NCBI RefSeq assembly: GCF_009914755.1
Contig: NC_060929.1
Origin: the human T2T-CHM13v2.0 reference genome, Homo sapiens
DNA length: 64,000 bases
Direction: 5' to 3' (one strand)
Position 1 is the stretch's first letter. Each line of letters begins with the position of its first letter. The notes below the pieces were generated by a model. That model did not search any database. It worked only from the letters and a program-made list of their open reading frames with translations, and was not told the DNA's origin. Below are positions 43,330 to 57,639 of the stretch, piece after piece. The position numbers and the translations under genes were made by a program.

Positions 43330-44160
43330 CGGTAGTGCCGTAGTAGATTTATGCTGCACAAACCTGTGAGCCTTTTGCCTGGGGAACCCCCACAAAAGGT
43401 CCCAAAAGGAGTCTGTGGACCCTTGCCAGTGGGGATGATAGGATTACTTTTAGGAAGGTCTAGTTTAAATTTAAAAGGGGTACAAATACATATAGGAGTC
43501 ATTGATTCAGATTATAATGGGGAAATTCAAATTCCCTGGAAAAAAAATCCTTCTGTTCCCTGGAAAGCAGAGCCAGGAGAGCGCATAGCACAGCTCCTGA
43601 ATGTGCCATACGTAGGAATGGAAAAAAGTGAAATTAAATAAACAGGAGGATTTGGAAGCACAAGTAAGCAAAAGCAGCTTATTGGGTAAATCAAATTACT
43701 GATAAACGTCCTACCTGTGAAATAACTATTCAGGGAAAGAAATTTAAAGGTTTGGTAGATACAGGAGTGGACACTTCAATCATTTCTCTACAGCACTGGC
43801 CATCCATGTGGCCAATTCAACCTGCTCAATTTAACATAGTTGGAGTTGGTAAAGCCCCTGAAGTATATCAAAGTAGCTATATTTTGCACTGTGAAGGGCC
43901 TGATGGACAACTTGGGACTATTCAACCAATTATAACTTCTGTACCTATAAATTTATGTGGAAGAGATTTATTGCAACAATGGGGAGCACAAGTTCTAATT
44001 CCAGAACAATTATATAGCCCTCAGAATCAACATATGATGCATGAAATGGGGTATGTCCCTGGTATGGGAGTAGAAAAAAAATTGCAAGATTTGAAAGAAC
44101 TGCTTCAAGTGGAAAGACAAAGTTCCCACCAAAAAATTAGGATATCATTTTTGATGGTGG
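43330..44160 (+). pseudogene. pro: HML-3 dUTPase-protease remnant
   Basis: dUTPase motifs LLGRSS and GVIDSDYNGEIQI; aspartyl protease VDTGVD...GRDLL; G-patch-like MMHEMGYVPGMG. Confidence 0.9.
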
Positions 44161-45110
44161 CCATTGTTAAGCCTCCAGAACCTATACTTTTAAAATGGTT
44201 AACAGATAAGCCAATTTGGATACAGTAATGGCCGCTAAGTAAAGAGAAACTGGAGGCATTAGAGGAATTAGTTACTGAACAATTAGAAAATGGGCACATA
44301 GCTCCAACATTTTCCCCTTGGAATTCTCCAGTTTCTGTAATTAAGAAAAAATCAGGTAAACAGAGAATGTTAACTGACTTAAGAGCCATCAGTCCAGTTA
44401 TACGACCTACGGGAGCATTACAGCCAGGATTGCCTTCTCCTGCTATAATAGCAAAAAAAATGGCCTTTAATAATGATAGATTTAAAAGACTGTTTCTTTA
44501 CTATCCCTTTAGCTGAGCAAGACTGTGAATGGTTTGCATTTACAATTCCTGCAAACAACCTGCGGCCTGCTAAGCATTTTTATTGTTTTACAGATGGGTC
44601 CAGTAATGGTAAAGCTTCTTTTTCTGGCTCAAAAAGTAAAGTTTTCCAGATTCCCTCTACTTCAGCTCAAAAAGCGGAGGTTGTAGCTGTAATTGAGGTA
44701 TTGACTGCTTTTAATATGCCTATTAATGTGATTTCTGATTCTTCATACATGGTTCTTTCCACACAGTTAATTAAAAATGCTCAGTTACTATTTCATACAG
44801 ATAAACAACTGATGACAAAAACAAAAAAGGGAGAGAAATAGGGATTATGGGACAGCCCATACACAATTGAATCTAGCATTATTAACTTTAAATTTTTTGA
44901 GCCTGCCCAGCTGAATAGCATCTACAGAAACCAGCTGCAAAGACAGAAGCAGAACAATTGGTTTGGTGGAGAGATCCTATAACAAAAATTTGGGAAATAG
45001 GTAAAATAATAACTTGGGGTAGAGGTTATGCGTGTGTTTCTCCAGGACTGAATCAACAGCTGATTTGGATACCATCAAGACACCTTAAACCTTATCATGA
45101 GCCAGATGCT
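44155..45110 (+). pseudogene. pol: HML-3 pol remnant (RT N-terminus fused to RNase H; integrase C-terminus)
   Basis: LKWLTDKPIW; [12 protein letters not shown]; [18 protein letters not shown]; WWRDP..WGRGYACVSPG..WIPSRHLK. Confidence 0.9.
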
Positions 45111-45199
45111 GAGGAAGAGATTCTGGTAGGATCCCGAGGACCCCTTGGTTGCATCCCTGTCAAGACTGATGCTGAGGAGGACCCCGACTGTCACAAGCA

Positions 45200-45490
45200 A
45201 CACCCATTGAACACAGCCACCCACCTGGGGACAGATCAAGAAGCTGTCACAGGTGGCAGAAGAAAACCTGAGGAGAGCAGGACAGCCAGTCACAATGAGT
45301 AATTTAATGGTAGCTATGATAGCAGTGATCACCACTGCCATGAGTATTCCTTCAATAAGGGCTGACACAGAGAACAACTGTACTTATTGGGCATATTTAT
45401 CCAATGGTGATTGTGCTTTTAATCTGTGTTGTTTGTCTTTGTATAGTCTGCAGATGTGGATCCTGACTCCTGTGAGAAGTAGCTCACCAT
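45200..45490 (+). pseudogene. env: HML-3 env remnant (signal peptide and start of SU)
   Basis: SNLMVAMIAVITTAMSIP...NNCTYWAYL, resembling the HML-2 Env leader ...NYTYWAY; the rest is deleted. Confidence 0.75.
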
Positions 45491-45526
45491 GACAAAGCTG
45501 CCCTTGCTTTCATCACTTTGCAAATC

Positions 45527-45540
45527 AAAGAAGGGGGACA
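45527..45540 (+). other. Polypurine tract
   Basis: AAAGAAGGGGGACA immediately 5' of the 3' LTR. Confidence 0.85.
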
Positions 45541-46053
45541 TGTTGGGAACAGGCCCCCCCCAATCTGGCCTTAAACTAGCCCCAAAACTGGCCATAAACA
45601 AAATCTCTGCAGCACTGTGACATGTTCATTGGGGCCATAACATCCATCCTGGAAGGTGGTAGGTTTACTGGAATGAGGGCAAGGAACACCTGGCCCACCC
45701 AGGGTGGAAAACCGCTTAAAGGCATTCTTAAACCACAAACAATAGCATGAGCAATCTGTGCCTTAAGGACATGGCCCTGCTGCAGATAACTAGCCCAACC
45801 CATCCCTCTATTTTGGCCCATCCCTTAGCTTCCCATAAGGGATACTTTTAGCTAATCTAATATCTATAGAAACAAAACTAATGACTGGCTTGCTGTTAAT
45901 AAACATGAGGGTAAATCTCTGTTCGAGACTCTCAGCTTTGAAGGTTGTGAGACCCCTGATTTCCCACTTCACACCTTTATATTTCTGTGTGTGTGTCTTT
46001 TATTCCTCTAGCGCTGCTGGGTTAGGGTCTCCCTGACCGAGCTGGTCTCGGCA
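45541..46053 (+). repeat. 3' LTR (MER9)
   Basis: TGTTGGGAACAGGCCCC...GCTGGTCTCGGCA with TG...CA termini. Confidence 0.95.
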
Positions 46054-46169
46054 CTCCAATAGTACCACATAGTTGAAATTGATTTTGTAATAAAATACAG
46101 GCTCAATCCTACTATAAAATGAGTATAGGATGAGAACAGAAACTTCCCAGGGAAATGAGAACCTCTAAA

Positions 46170-46345
46170 TCACCCACTTGTAAGTTGTGGGACTTCAGAA
46201 AAGTTACTCAACTTCCATGTTCTTTTCTTTTTAATTAGAGAAAAAAAAGGAAATATTGCTATCCGTTATAGGGTTGTTGTGAAGATTAAAGTGGGTAATA
46301 CATCTAAACTTCAAGATACATAGCATTACTCAAAAGATGTTGATT
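46170..46345 (+). mobile_element. MIR fragment
   Basis: AAGTTACTCAAC...ATAGGGTTGTTGTGAAGATTAAA. Confidence 0.6.
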
Positions 46346-47499
46346 CTATTCCTGTTTCCTTTAGTTTTAGACTCTGGAAATGAAATAACATAAGCTTTGA
46401 AGTGAAATACTATAAGGATACCTACTCTCTCTCATATTGATTATGTTTAAAAATATGGTGATCCAATAGCTCCCCTAAAGTTATTAGCAAGAAACTATAT
46501 AGATCAGTAATGAAATATTCAGTAGGGCACAAATGTGCTTATGGATTCTGAATATGTGCTTGCTGAATTTTATTTATGAGTCTGGTTAATCATCAAAAGG
46601 ATAGAATTAAAAATTCATGAGTAAAGCAGCTGAATAATCTTAGAGAGTTGCATTATTTTAATCTTTGTGTAAAATGTGCATTAGATATTAATGTTAGGTA
46701 CTTATGATGATTTGCTGCTTATTAATTGAATGGACAAACCTTTAGCTTGGCATATGGGAAGGCCCAGATATTTAGATTATGGTAGTGTTGTTTAGAATCA
46801 CTGTGTATCAGGAAACATTTGAAATAAAGGCTCTGGAAGTACAGTTTAACAAATCAAATATGAAGTAATGGCAAATATCATGCTCAGAGCTTTGTAAGCA
46901 TCATAAATTTTGGAAATTCCTTATCATCAGGTTTCTGGGAATGATTTTGCACAATAGATTTCTCCCATATATAGAATTGTTTCTGTCTTAAAACTGAATT
47001 TCTTTTTGGATGGACATTCTAGTTAAATGCCCAGAGGGTACTATAAAGTGGAGTGCTCATAAATATGTAGACTCTTGGGATCTTTATAAATTAGAACATA
47101 TTTGTAGAAAAACAAGTGAAAATTCAATAAAAGTGTTGACATGCTGCCAAATAAATCAGTGAAAAATAGTCATCACATACCCAAAACTCAAAAATAATCA
47201 CTATCATTCAAATCAACCATGATAAACAAAGATAAATAAGTGGAGAAAAGCTGAACCAGAATTTCTGAAAACAATACTTCTGAGTCCTTCATACCAGAAA
47301 TAGCATTTTCATGAACAAGCTATGGAATTTATCTGAAATTTTCAAATAGGGCTCTTTCAATGAGCATTTCAGAAATGGCTTTCTCTAGGGTTACACTTAG
47401 GCTAGTTGACAATTTTGCCTAAGGAATGAACTAAAGGCTGCAGGTTAAGCTCAGGTGTCCACACTTTAGAACACTGTTTTTGCTGCTTCTTACATTCAG

Positions 47500-48268
47500 T
47501 TTCTTAGACTTGAAATCCAAGAGTCATCCTGGTTCTTCTCCTTCCCTTCTGCTCATACGGTATATCCAATTCATCAGCAAATCCTGTCACTCTGCCTTCA
47601 ACATCTATCTCAAATTAAACTCCTTTTCACCATTTTCACTCTGTCACTCTCTTCCCGTGATTTATGGCAATTGCTTTCCAATTGGTCTTGCAATTTCTAA
47701 TCTTAACCCTTCACTCTCTCTTCTCCATACAGCAGACAATTGTAGTTTAGAAATCAAACCAAGTTTCCCTCTGGCACAAAATCTTCCTATGGTTTTCTGT
47801 TATACTTAAAATAAAAATTTAAAATTCTTAACATGGCTTAAAAAGGTCTACTTGATCTGGCCCTCTTCCTTCATCCCATGCTTTCCCAATTGAACTCACT
47901 CCACTCCAGCCCCTTCAGGATTAATTCTATCCCTTAAAGAAGCGAAACTTATCTTATTAAACTTACTCTTCCGTCTGTCTGGATGCTCTATTTAGGTTTT
48001 CACATAGGTTTCTCCTTTAAGTCAGTGAATTTTGCCCTTGCTTTCCCCCTTTCCATCCCTTAACCTACTTCATTTTTTTACGGCATTTACCATTATATGA
48101 AATTGTACTGTTTGTTTATTGTTTAGTTGTTTATTGTCTGTCTTCCTCAATAGAAAATGAGCTCCCAATAAAGTGGTAAGTGTTTTACGCTTTCATTCAC
48201 TGATACATCCCAGCTCCTGAAGAATCTGGTAATACTTACTGAACAAATGAAAGAAGAATGAATGAATT
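47500..48268 (+). mobile_element. L2 3' fragment
   Basis: GAGTCATCCTG..TCC...ATCCAATTCATCAGCAAATCCTGTC...TTCACTGATACATCCCAGC...GAATGAATGAA. Confidence 0.75.
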
Positions 48269-50334
48269 TCTGTAGAAATCCTAGGTGAAAGTAATGGATC
48301 ATTGGTCCAGAGAATAATTATGATGAAATCAGTTCAAGAATCAAAACATGTTCAAGAAGTACAGAATTGAAATAAAAAATAGTAGGTAGAAATACTCTAA
48401 TATGAACTGCCAGAGCATGCCAAGACTCTTTCCTAAAGAGGCTATTTATAGTGACAAAAATTGAAATAAGAGTAGCATTGATCACTCTTTTATTATAACT
48501 AGTTGTGAGAATTTTGCTTAAAAATTATGTTTCAACATAATGGAAAGTGTGTATGTATAAGTGTGTTCATTTAATTTGCTTAGAAAATATCAGCCATAGA
48601 TATGAAGGTGGGTCTTATCAACTCAGGATCTGGGACTAGTCATTCAGACCTTTCTTCTCTGGAATTTATATGTAATTTGAGAAATGGAAGCTTTCTTTTA
48701 CATTCTTCCTAACTTGGATAATGGAAACTTGGAGCTGTTCATTGCTCTTTCCCTCTGCTTGCATAATTGTACAAACGAAAATTGAAGCCAACTTATGAAG
48801 AAGTAAAGATGAGACAAGGTGGGAGAGGGAAGAGGAGGGGAACCAGATGCCATCATTTGAGTACTGGTATCTAGATCTGTCCTGAGGCCAGCTCCACCTC
48901 TGTCCTCCCTAAGTCAATGAGGCAATTAATTCTATTTTTTAAAAAACTAATTTGTGTTGATTTTCTGTCACTTGTGACAAAAAGTCCTGAGTAATTCATT
49001 TAGAAAAGAATCATGCTCTTGATTGGATGCTTCAAATATTCTTCTGATATTTAGACAATATATGTTGATGGATATTATATTAGAATTAGACATTTTATGA
49101 TGATAGAGTTCTTTAGAGTATATCTGTTCTAGGGTAGTTAATGCTTTATGTAAATGTAATCTTACTCAAAGCCCCAAATATAAAGCAAATAAAAATGCTG
49201 ATGTTGTGTTTTGTGAGCGTTTCCAGATTCCTCCAGACAGAGGGATTGGAAGGGCTCTATGGAACTGCAGGACTCCATGGGGGCATTGACTATCTCCTTA
49301 GTTTGAGAATAAACAAATTGTAAATGTCAAGTTAGAGGAATTAAATAACTTTCCCCTGGCATATAACTAGCTGATTTACTCACTGGCCATGGGAAAAAAA
49401 AATGGGTAAAGAGAGTAAATTCTAATCTAATTTTCTAACCCTTAATTCAGAGTAATTTCTTAACACAGGACTGAGAATTTCTTAAATTTTCAATATAAAG
49501 CTCAAAGTCTTTATCTAGTACACAAGCCTTTTGAAGCTCTAACTGGGCTTTCTTCCCTACCACATACATTCACCAAATTACTACAGATCTGTGAAAACAT
49601 GGCTCTTTGTGTTTCCTTGTATTTACAGGTTTTTTTTTTTGCCTCTGCTTACCATGTTCTACTGGATTTTGTACATTTTCTGCCTCCAACAGTGCCTGGA
49701 ATGCAGTAGATATTCAACAGATGTCGGCCTAAAAGAATGAATGGATTTCCTGTCTTCTGCAGGTTTCTGTGATCTAGAGAAATCAGAGATATCAGAGACT
49801 GTATTATGAATTAGCATATTATACATACACAATGTATTGCTCATTTAGAAAAATAAATGCTTAAAGAGAGTTGTTTCCTTTTTGGATTGTATAAAGAAGA
49901 AAACATTGGGATTATGAAACAGAATCTACTTTCATTTAACACATATTTTTTGGTCTTCCTACTACAGGATTCCTGAGAACCCCAAAGTCTTAATTGCTAC
50001 ATCCATAAAAAAAGAAGTAACCTCACTTTTCAGTCTTCTATATTTGCCATCATTCCAACAGATAGTGTCCTGGGTGATTCTGTTTTATAATATCAAGCCA
50101 AATTATGAACTTATAACTTGTTTTAGCTTAAATGTACTGTCTATTAAAGAAAATTCAGACATATCAATTACTTTTTCAGCTTGAATAATTATTTTCAGTA
50201 TAATTAGATAAAAATTCATTATTTTAAATTAACTTTTGATGAAACAAATGTTAAAGAATGGCTATGTGCTTTCTTGAGAGTTGAACATATTAAGAAAAAC
50301 AAAAATAGATTTATTTTTATGATAGTTTATATAA

Positions 50335-50667
<333 letters not shown>

Positions 50668-53600
50668 GAACTTTTTCTTTTTTTAATGGGAGAATTTTAT
50701 TTACCAGGAATGGCATATTTTCTGAGTTGAGCATGATGGTTTTTCAGCTTTGATGTATATGTTAAGACTCTCACAAGGGATTTATATAAATGTTTATCAT
50801 TGGGTCCAGCTCTCATATAGAGCCTAGAAATATTTTTTTCCAAGTCTAACAAGTGACTCTGATATGGCTGATTTAAGGACCCCAAATATTAGAGTGCACA
50901 AAGCTAAAATATTCCCTGGTAACATGAAAACAAAACAAAGCAAAGAAACAAAGAAACCAAGTAGTGAAATTATAGAGAAAACTCATTATTCTCTTTAGAA
51001 AGAACCATCAGAATTCTATGGAGTTCAAGTAATTAGTGAAAAGAGTAGTAGGATTGCAAGTAAAATGAAAAATAGTCCATCTTATAAATTACTGGTCATA
51101 CATTGTGAGGAGAAGAGCCTACTTAGAGAAACCTCTGCGTGGGCTTTTAAGTTAGAAAATCTTGGCTTTAAGTTTAATATTATCATGCAATAGTTGTGCC
51201 CTTACTAAACCCCTGAGGCTGAAATTTCTCATATACAAAAATCAAAATAATGATACTGATATGTACTCACAGGATTAATGTCAAGCAGGAGTTAACAGAA
51301 GTGGAAGCAATGACTTTTCCCTTTTCCAGACACTTTGAAATGGTTCAATTCACTTATTTCTTCAGGAAAATATAATTGGAGGACTAATTTAATATTCTCT
51401 GAAAGTCAGACATTGAAAGCACTGATCCAATGCCTGGAAAATATTAAATTTTGAAACAATCATGCAAATTTATACTTTATCACTTTTTTAAAAATCTTTA
51501 ATTACTGAAGTCATTGATGAATACATGCTTTTTGCAAACTTGTCAAAGTCGTTCATGTTCCATCCTCCAACATTTCTTCTCTCTCTATAGCTAAACATTG
51601 TGGGGATTTTCCCAGATCATTTTCTGTCATTGTTATGATTTTATAATTAGTCTGCTAAATCCAAATATTAGAATGTATTTCTCTAATTGGAATTGTTTTG
51701 GCTTCAATGATATCTGACAAAAGCTTAACAATATTTGATTATTATCTCACAAAGTGGGTCCAGAGACAGGGCAGGAACTCCGAGGTAAGCCCAAGACCTG
51801 ATATCAGTATGGGTACTTTTTCCTCCATTTTTTCACATTCCCATCCTCACCTTGACAGAAACACCTCAACTTGTCTGTGGTTACAACATGGCTGCAGCTC
51901 GTTCAGGCATCAGGTCCTCACGTAACAATATACAGTGGTGAGAACTGCAGTTTTCCTAACATATGACCTTTTAAACATTTTTCTCAGAATTCCTCAGAAG
52001 AGTTCCCCTATTGTCTCATTGGCCAGGGTTGCAATTCATGCCATGCCTAAACAAGTTATGTATAAGAAGAATAGAATTTTTATAATTGGGTTAGACAACT
52101 GACCTTCACCCTCATATTCCCAGCAAGTATGAGAGGGTAAACATATGAATAAATCAAAGGCTCTGCAGAAAGAAACCTTCAATATCTACCAGAAGCTACA
52201 AATTATATGAAAACTGTGCTCCATAATGGCAACAAATTAATGATAGGAAAAATATATGAATGTTTCTAGTCATCCTTCAAATCTCACCTCACCTTCTGCT
52301 TCCTCCAGCAAGCATTTCCTTGACTTCTCAAAGTGGGTCACTGGCCTGCTTGACATCATCAGAAGACTCATGGGCTTTCAGAGCTAGTTGGAACAAATGT
52401 TGCTATGGGATTATTTCATTCATGTATGACTTACTGACTAAACTGTAAGATCAATGGTAGAAGAAACTAGGGTTATTTCACTCACCTTTATAGCTTTCAT
52501 GCTTAGGACAGTGTCTGGCACACAATACATGAATAAAGATTTTATGTAGAATAAACAGCAGGGGAAAATTAGGATGGCTTTTACTGTTGCTGAAATAATC
52601 CAATAAAAGAAGGGAATGGAAATATGGCATAGAAAGTTTTAGATGTAAAATCAAGCAAATTTTCAAAGGTGACATAGGCAAAATTTGCTTGGACATTAAG
52701 AATTTAAATATGCAATCTCTGGAGCAGGAGATAGTGTTTTAAATTTCTTAGGCTTGTTCTTGAAAAGCTTAGGAGGCAGACACTGGCTTTCCAATATAAA
52801 TATTTCAACAGTTAAAAGCTCCCTCACTTGGCCTTAATCAATAACGGCTCTGTATGTGTATGTACAAGTGGGAGACACACTCTCAAATAGAATTTTACTT
52901 TAAACTAGGGAAAATATAAGGGAAATTCAAAGTTAAAAAACAAAACACACTAATAGGAAAGCAATGAAGTTGGAAATGAGATATGAGAGAGAGAAAAAGA
53001 GAGAGGGTGAGAGAGATTTAGAGGAAGGACTTCTGTGTTATTTTTTTTAAAGATTCTGAAGAGAGTGGATTGTTCAGAACTGGTACACTCTCTCTGTCTG
53101 GTTTTAGAAGGGGTCTCTGAACTATCTTGCACTATGACTAACTCCCTGCTCTTAGCCCTCCTGGTGTGTGAGATTGATAGCAGGGATACAGAATAATGGG
53201 AAACCAAGAGCAGGGCAGCCCTATCAACCTTTCTAGATAGGAGTTTCTGAAACATAGCAGCCTTGAAAGGTTGTGATGTATGAATTGAACTTCTTGGAAT
53301 CTTCCTCCCACAAGAAAAATCTATGAGCCTTTCTAGCTAAAGAATGATAAAATCCTCATAGCCAGTGTTCTGAAACTTTGTTTCAGTCCACAGGATGTGA
53401 CTTTTGCTTCCTGTTACTTCTTGTGGTCTGTATATGTGTGTGTAGCTGAGTGTATCTATTTGTGTTCTTTTGTAGATGACAAACTAGCAGTCTTTTCTAG
53501 TAGGTTGTCCTTAGAAATATATGTATATCCCTTAAATTATTTAAAAGGTAAACCCTGTGACACAGTGAAATGAGTAAAGCAAACAGCATTAGTAACAAAG

Positions 53601-54675
53601 CAAGCATTATTTCAACAACGCTTACTGCCATGGTTTCCAAAGTCATCAATATATTTTGAAATAATAAGTGGGCACTTCCAGGGAATTAATAGTGAAGTTT
53701 CCTATTTAGCTTAGGACAGTTAACCATATAAAGGCCAAATTACTTCTAAAGAAAAATAAATATGAGATGCATTTGTAATAATAAGCAATATTCTCTGCCT
53801 TTGCTGAATCTGATCTTGTTTTAGTTCTTCAATAAGTTTTGAATTTGTTAACTACTCAACCTTATTATATAAAAATAGAGTGCTTTTTGACTAAGGGCAG
53901 CAGTTTTGACTCTCATCTAGTTGGTAAAAGAGTGTCATGGTCAGAGGAAATTGGGCTCTCAAAACTGACAGAAGATCATTCCAAATGCTGATGGACATCT
54001 ATCTTAAAATTGCTGTTTCACATGGATTCGGCACAGTTGCAACACTTCGTAAAAAAATACTCTTGACTTCTTAAGAAACTTCTTTTTTACCATATGGGAA
54101 GTGTTTTCTTTAGAAATGAGGATGACAGAGGGCTCTCTCATCATTTTTTCTCATATTTCTAGTTCCTAGACAGTGTTACTTGTTTATTTGCTGTTAAGTA
54201 TATGTGACCAATAGTTGAAGCCATTGATAATTAACCCAGAACATTCTGAATATGAAGCAACCTGAAATTGTGGCTGATGCTGATATTGATTCAAATCAGT
54301 GAACAATTTTTATAATTTTTCTGATTTTTTTCATTTTTATGTTAGACAAAAAATATCAACTACTAATATATAATAAGAGAGAATATTTAAAAATTGTAGC
54401 ACAAGATCCAGATCCTTGGTCTTAACATTGAGTTTATTTAAAAATATGTATGATGTGCATTATTCTAATTTATATGTAACAATATTTCAATTAAAAAATT
54501 AAACATCCCATCAAATTTGAAAAGCAAAGGCTATGTAAATGATAAAACTGATGCAAATATTTGTTGTATTTCTGTTTCGATCAAATTGACACAATCATGC
54601 AAATTTCATCCAAATTAGATTTCAGTCCTTTAAAGAGAGTAATTCAGTTGAAATTAATCTGCTCATTCTTTGCTC

Positions 54676-54984
54676 TTTTTCTTTTTTTTTTTTTTTTTTT
54701 GAGACTGAGTCTCGCTCTGTCACCCAGGCTGGAGTGCAGTGGCGCTATCTTGGCTCACTGCAAGCTCCACCCCTGGGTTCACGTCATTCTCCTGCCTCAG
54801 CCTCCCAAGTAGCTGGGACTACAGGCACCCACTACCATGCTCAGCTAATTTTGTTTTTGTATTTTTAGTAGAGACAGGGTTTCACCATGTTAGCCAGGAT
54901 GGTCTTGATCTACTGACCTTGTGATGCCCCTGCCTCAGCCTCCCAAAGTGCTGGGATTACAGGTGTGAACCACCACACCAGGCC
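54676..54984 (-). mobile_element. AluY-like
   Basis: CACTGCAAGCTCCACC, GTTCACGTCATTCTCC, TGTTAGCCAGGATGG; no obvious TSD. Confidence 0.95.
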
Positions 54985-55111
54985 TCAAATTTCTATAAAA
55001 ATAAAATTTATAAAGACAGCATAAAGAGAACAATTTAGAAAGAAGTTCTAAAAACTTAACAATAAAACAATTGAAAGAACATTAACATTATCAGAATAAA
55101 AGTTTACAAAG

Positions 55112-55707
55112 GGGTTTCTCAGTTGGTTCCTGCTGGTGGGTTTGTGGTCTCACTGACTTCAAGAATGAAGCTGTGGACCTTTGAGGTAAGTGTTACAGCT
55201 CTTAAAGGTGGTATGGACCCAAACACTGAGCAGTAGCAAGGTTTATTGTGAAGGGCGAAAGAACAAAGCTTCCACAGTGTGAAAGGGGACCTGAGCAGGT
55301 TACTGCTGTTGGCTGGGGTGGCCAGCTTTTATTCCCTTATTTGTCCCTTCCCATGTTCTGTTTCTGTTGTATCACAGTGCCCTTTTTTCAGTCCTCCCCA
55401 CTATTGGCCACTTTTAGGATCCTGCTGATTGGTGCATTTTACAGAGTGCTGATTGGTGCGATTTACAGAGCACTGATTGGCGCATTTTACAGAGCACTGA
55501 TTGGTGCACTTTACAATCCTCTTGCTAGCTGCAGAGCACTGACTGGTGAATTTTACTATCCCCTTGCTAGCTACAGAGCATTGATTGGTGCGTTTTGCAG
55601 TCCTAGCTACAGAGTGCTGATTGGTGTGTTTTACAATCCTCTTGTAAGACAGAAAAGTTCTTCAAGTCTCCACTCGACCCAGGAAGTCCAGCTGGCTTCA
55701 CCTCTCA
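55112..55707 (-). mobile_element. Solo LTR12
   Basis: Ends CCAGCTGGCTTCACCTCTCA (antisense LTR12 start); tandem GTGCTGATTGGTG units; left boundary approximate. Confidence 0.92.
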
Positions 55708-55873
55708 ATACTTTAAATGCAAGACTACTTCAGTATTTTGTCTGAATTGTATTTTTTTTATTTATTCCTCTTCCTTGAATGCACAGTCCAATCAGTTCTA
55801 TTTAAGTACTTAAAATAAATTTGTTAGTAGGTAAAGAAATAGAGGACACCAAAGCAATTAAGAAAACAAATCA

Positions 55874-56175
55874 GGCTGGGTGTGGTGGCTCATCCCTGGA
55901 ATCCCAGCACTTTGGGAGGCTGAGGCAGGTAGATCCCGAGGTCAGGAGTTCAAGAGCAGCCTGGCCAAGATGGTGAAACCCCGTCTCTACTAAAAATACA
56001 AAGAAATTAGCTGGGCGTGGTGGTGGGAGCTTGTCATCCCAGCTACTTGGAAGGCTGTGGCAGAAAATTGCTTGAACCTGGGAGGCAAAGGTTGCAGTCA
56101 GCCGAGATCTCCCCACTGCACTCCAGTCTGGGTGACAGAGTGAGACTCCACCTCAAAAAAAAATAAATGAAAAAA
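55874..56175 (+). mobile_element. AluS
   Basis: Full dimer with A-rich tail. Confidence 0.95.
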
Positions 56176-56437
56176 TAAAGCAATTCAAGCCCAAACTGAT
56201 GTCTAAAGAAGTGAAGTGGCCAAACAATGTATGTAAACAGAAAAATATTCTTTTTTCTTAAAGTCCTGAAAAATCTATTTAAAAATTATATATTAAATAA
56301 GAAACACTGAAGCACATTGAATTAAGTGTAGAGCAACATTTAAAAGTATTATTTTTAGCATGATGAATGAAGGTGCTGTGTTATCCTGATACTATAGGGT
56401 ATCTCCAAATTTCTATTCAGCAATTAACAGTCAATAG

Positions 56438-56649
56438 CAGGAGTAGGCAAGCTACAACTTGTGGCTCTGCCACCTGTTTTTATAAATAAAGTCTTATTGT
56501 AACACACCCATAACCACTCATCTGTGTATTGTTCAGGCTACTTTCACACTACAAGAGGAGAGTTGATTAGTTGTGATAGAGATCCACAGAGCTGAAAATA
56601 TGTACTATCTAATGCTTTGCAGGAAAAAAAAATAGTTTTCAAACCCTAG
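56438..56649 (-). mobile_element. MER58A MITE
   Basis: CCACCTGTTTTTATAAATAAAGTCTTATTG...GAGTTGATTAGTTGTGATAGAGA...AAAATATGTACTATCT. Confidence 0.75.
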
Positions 56650-57325
56650 TCTACACCAATCAAAATAAATTTAAGCTATTTTAAATGACATGATTGAAGC
56701 AATTTTACTAATAAAAAAGGCAAAGATAACTTATAACTTACAGAAGTCTGAGATGAGCAATAGCATATGATGAGGCTTATCTCTCTCAAATTGTTGGCTT
56801 CATAGAAAAATTAGTTTTTCTGCAAGAGTACAATGATTATGACACATTACCTATTTGGATTTAGAAGGGAAAAGAATGCATTCTAAAAATATGTCTATTT
56901 GTTAAGATAAGCTAATTGCTACAGGAAATAACTAAAATTTGAGTGATATCACATTATTATCATTACTATTCCCTTTTCACTCTTGTAACAATCTGTAAAA
57001 GCAGTCAATTGTTATTGTTAGTAAAATAGTCTAGTTTTACAATCCAGTTGAACAATACTGTGGTAATTGTTCAAGTTCATGGATTGAAATAACATCAAGT
57101 TTATTTATAGAACTGATTTTTCTTATAACATTAAAGTCATAATAGCTTACATATATACTATATATATAGTATATATATAAAATAAAATTTAATACTTGGT
57201 TGTCACAAAAAATTAAAAGTGAATATTCTTTAAATATTCTAACAAATTGTTAAGAAATATAAATATTTCATTATAAAGCTGAGCAAAAGATATAAAGTTA
57301 TTAGTAACCTCCATAGTCTAGAAAA

Positions 57326-57626
57326 CAGTGCTGTTTGAACGAAATATGATGGAAGCCACATAGGTAATTTAAAATTTTCTAAGAGCCACATTAAAATAGT
57401 AAAATCAAAAAAGAGGTGAATTCATTTTAATAATATATTTATTTAGCCTGTTGTATCCATAATACTATTTCAACATGTAATCAATAGAAAATTATTAATA
57501 TGTTTTACTTTTTTTCACAACAAGTCTTCAAATTCTGGAGTTTATTTTATGCTTTGAGCATGAAACTAGCCATATTTTGAGGACTCAGTGGCCACATGTT
57601 GCTGTGGCTACCATAGTGCACAGCAC
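57326..57626. mobile_element. MER33-like (hAT-Charlie) MITE
   Basis: CAGTGCTGT...AGCCACATAGGTAATTTAAAATTTTCTAAGAGCCACATTAAAA...GGCCACATG..GTGGCTACCATA..CAGCAC. Confidence 0.75.
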
Positions 57627-57639
57627 ATTCCTAGATTAT

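Noticed and set aside
43351-44228. Functional retroviral dUTPase or protease
   Set aside because: Motifs are recognisable, but the frame is interrupted (stop at 43641, frameshifts) and upstream gag is broken
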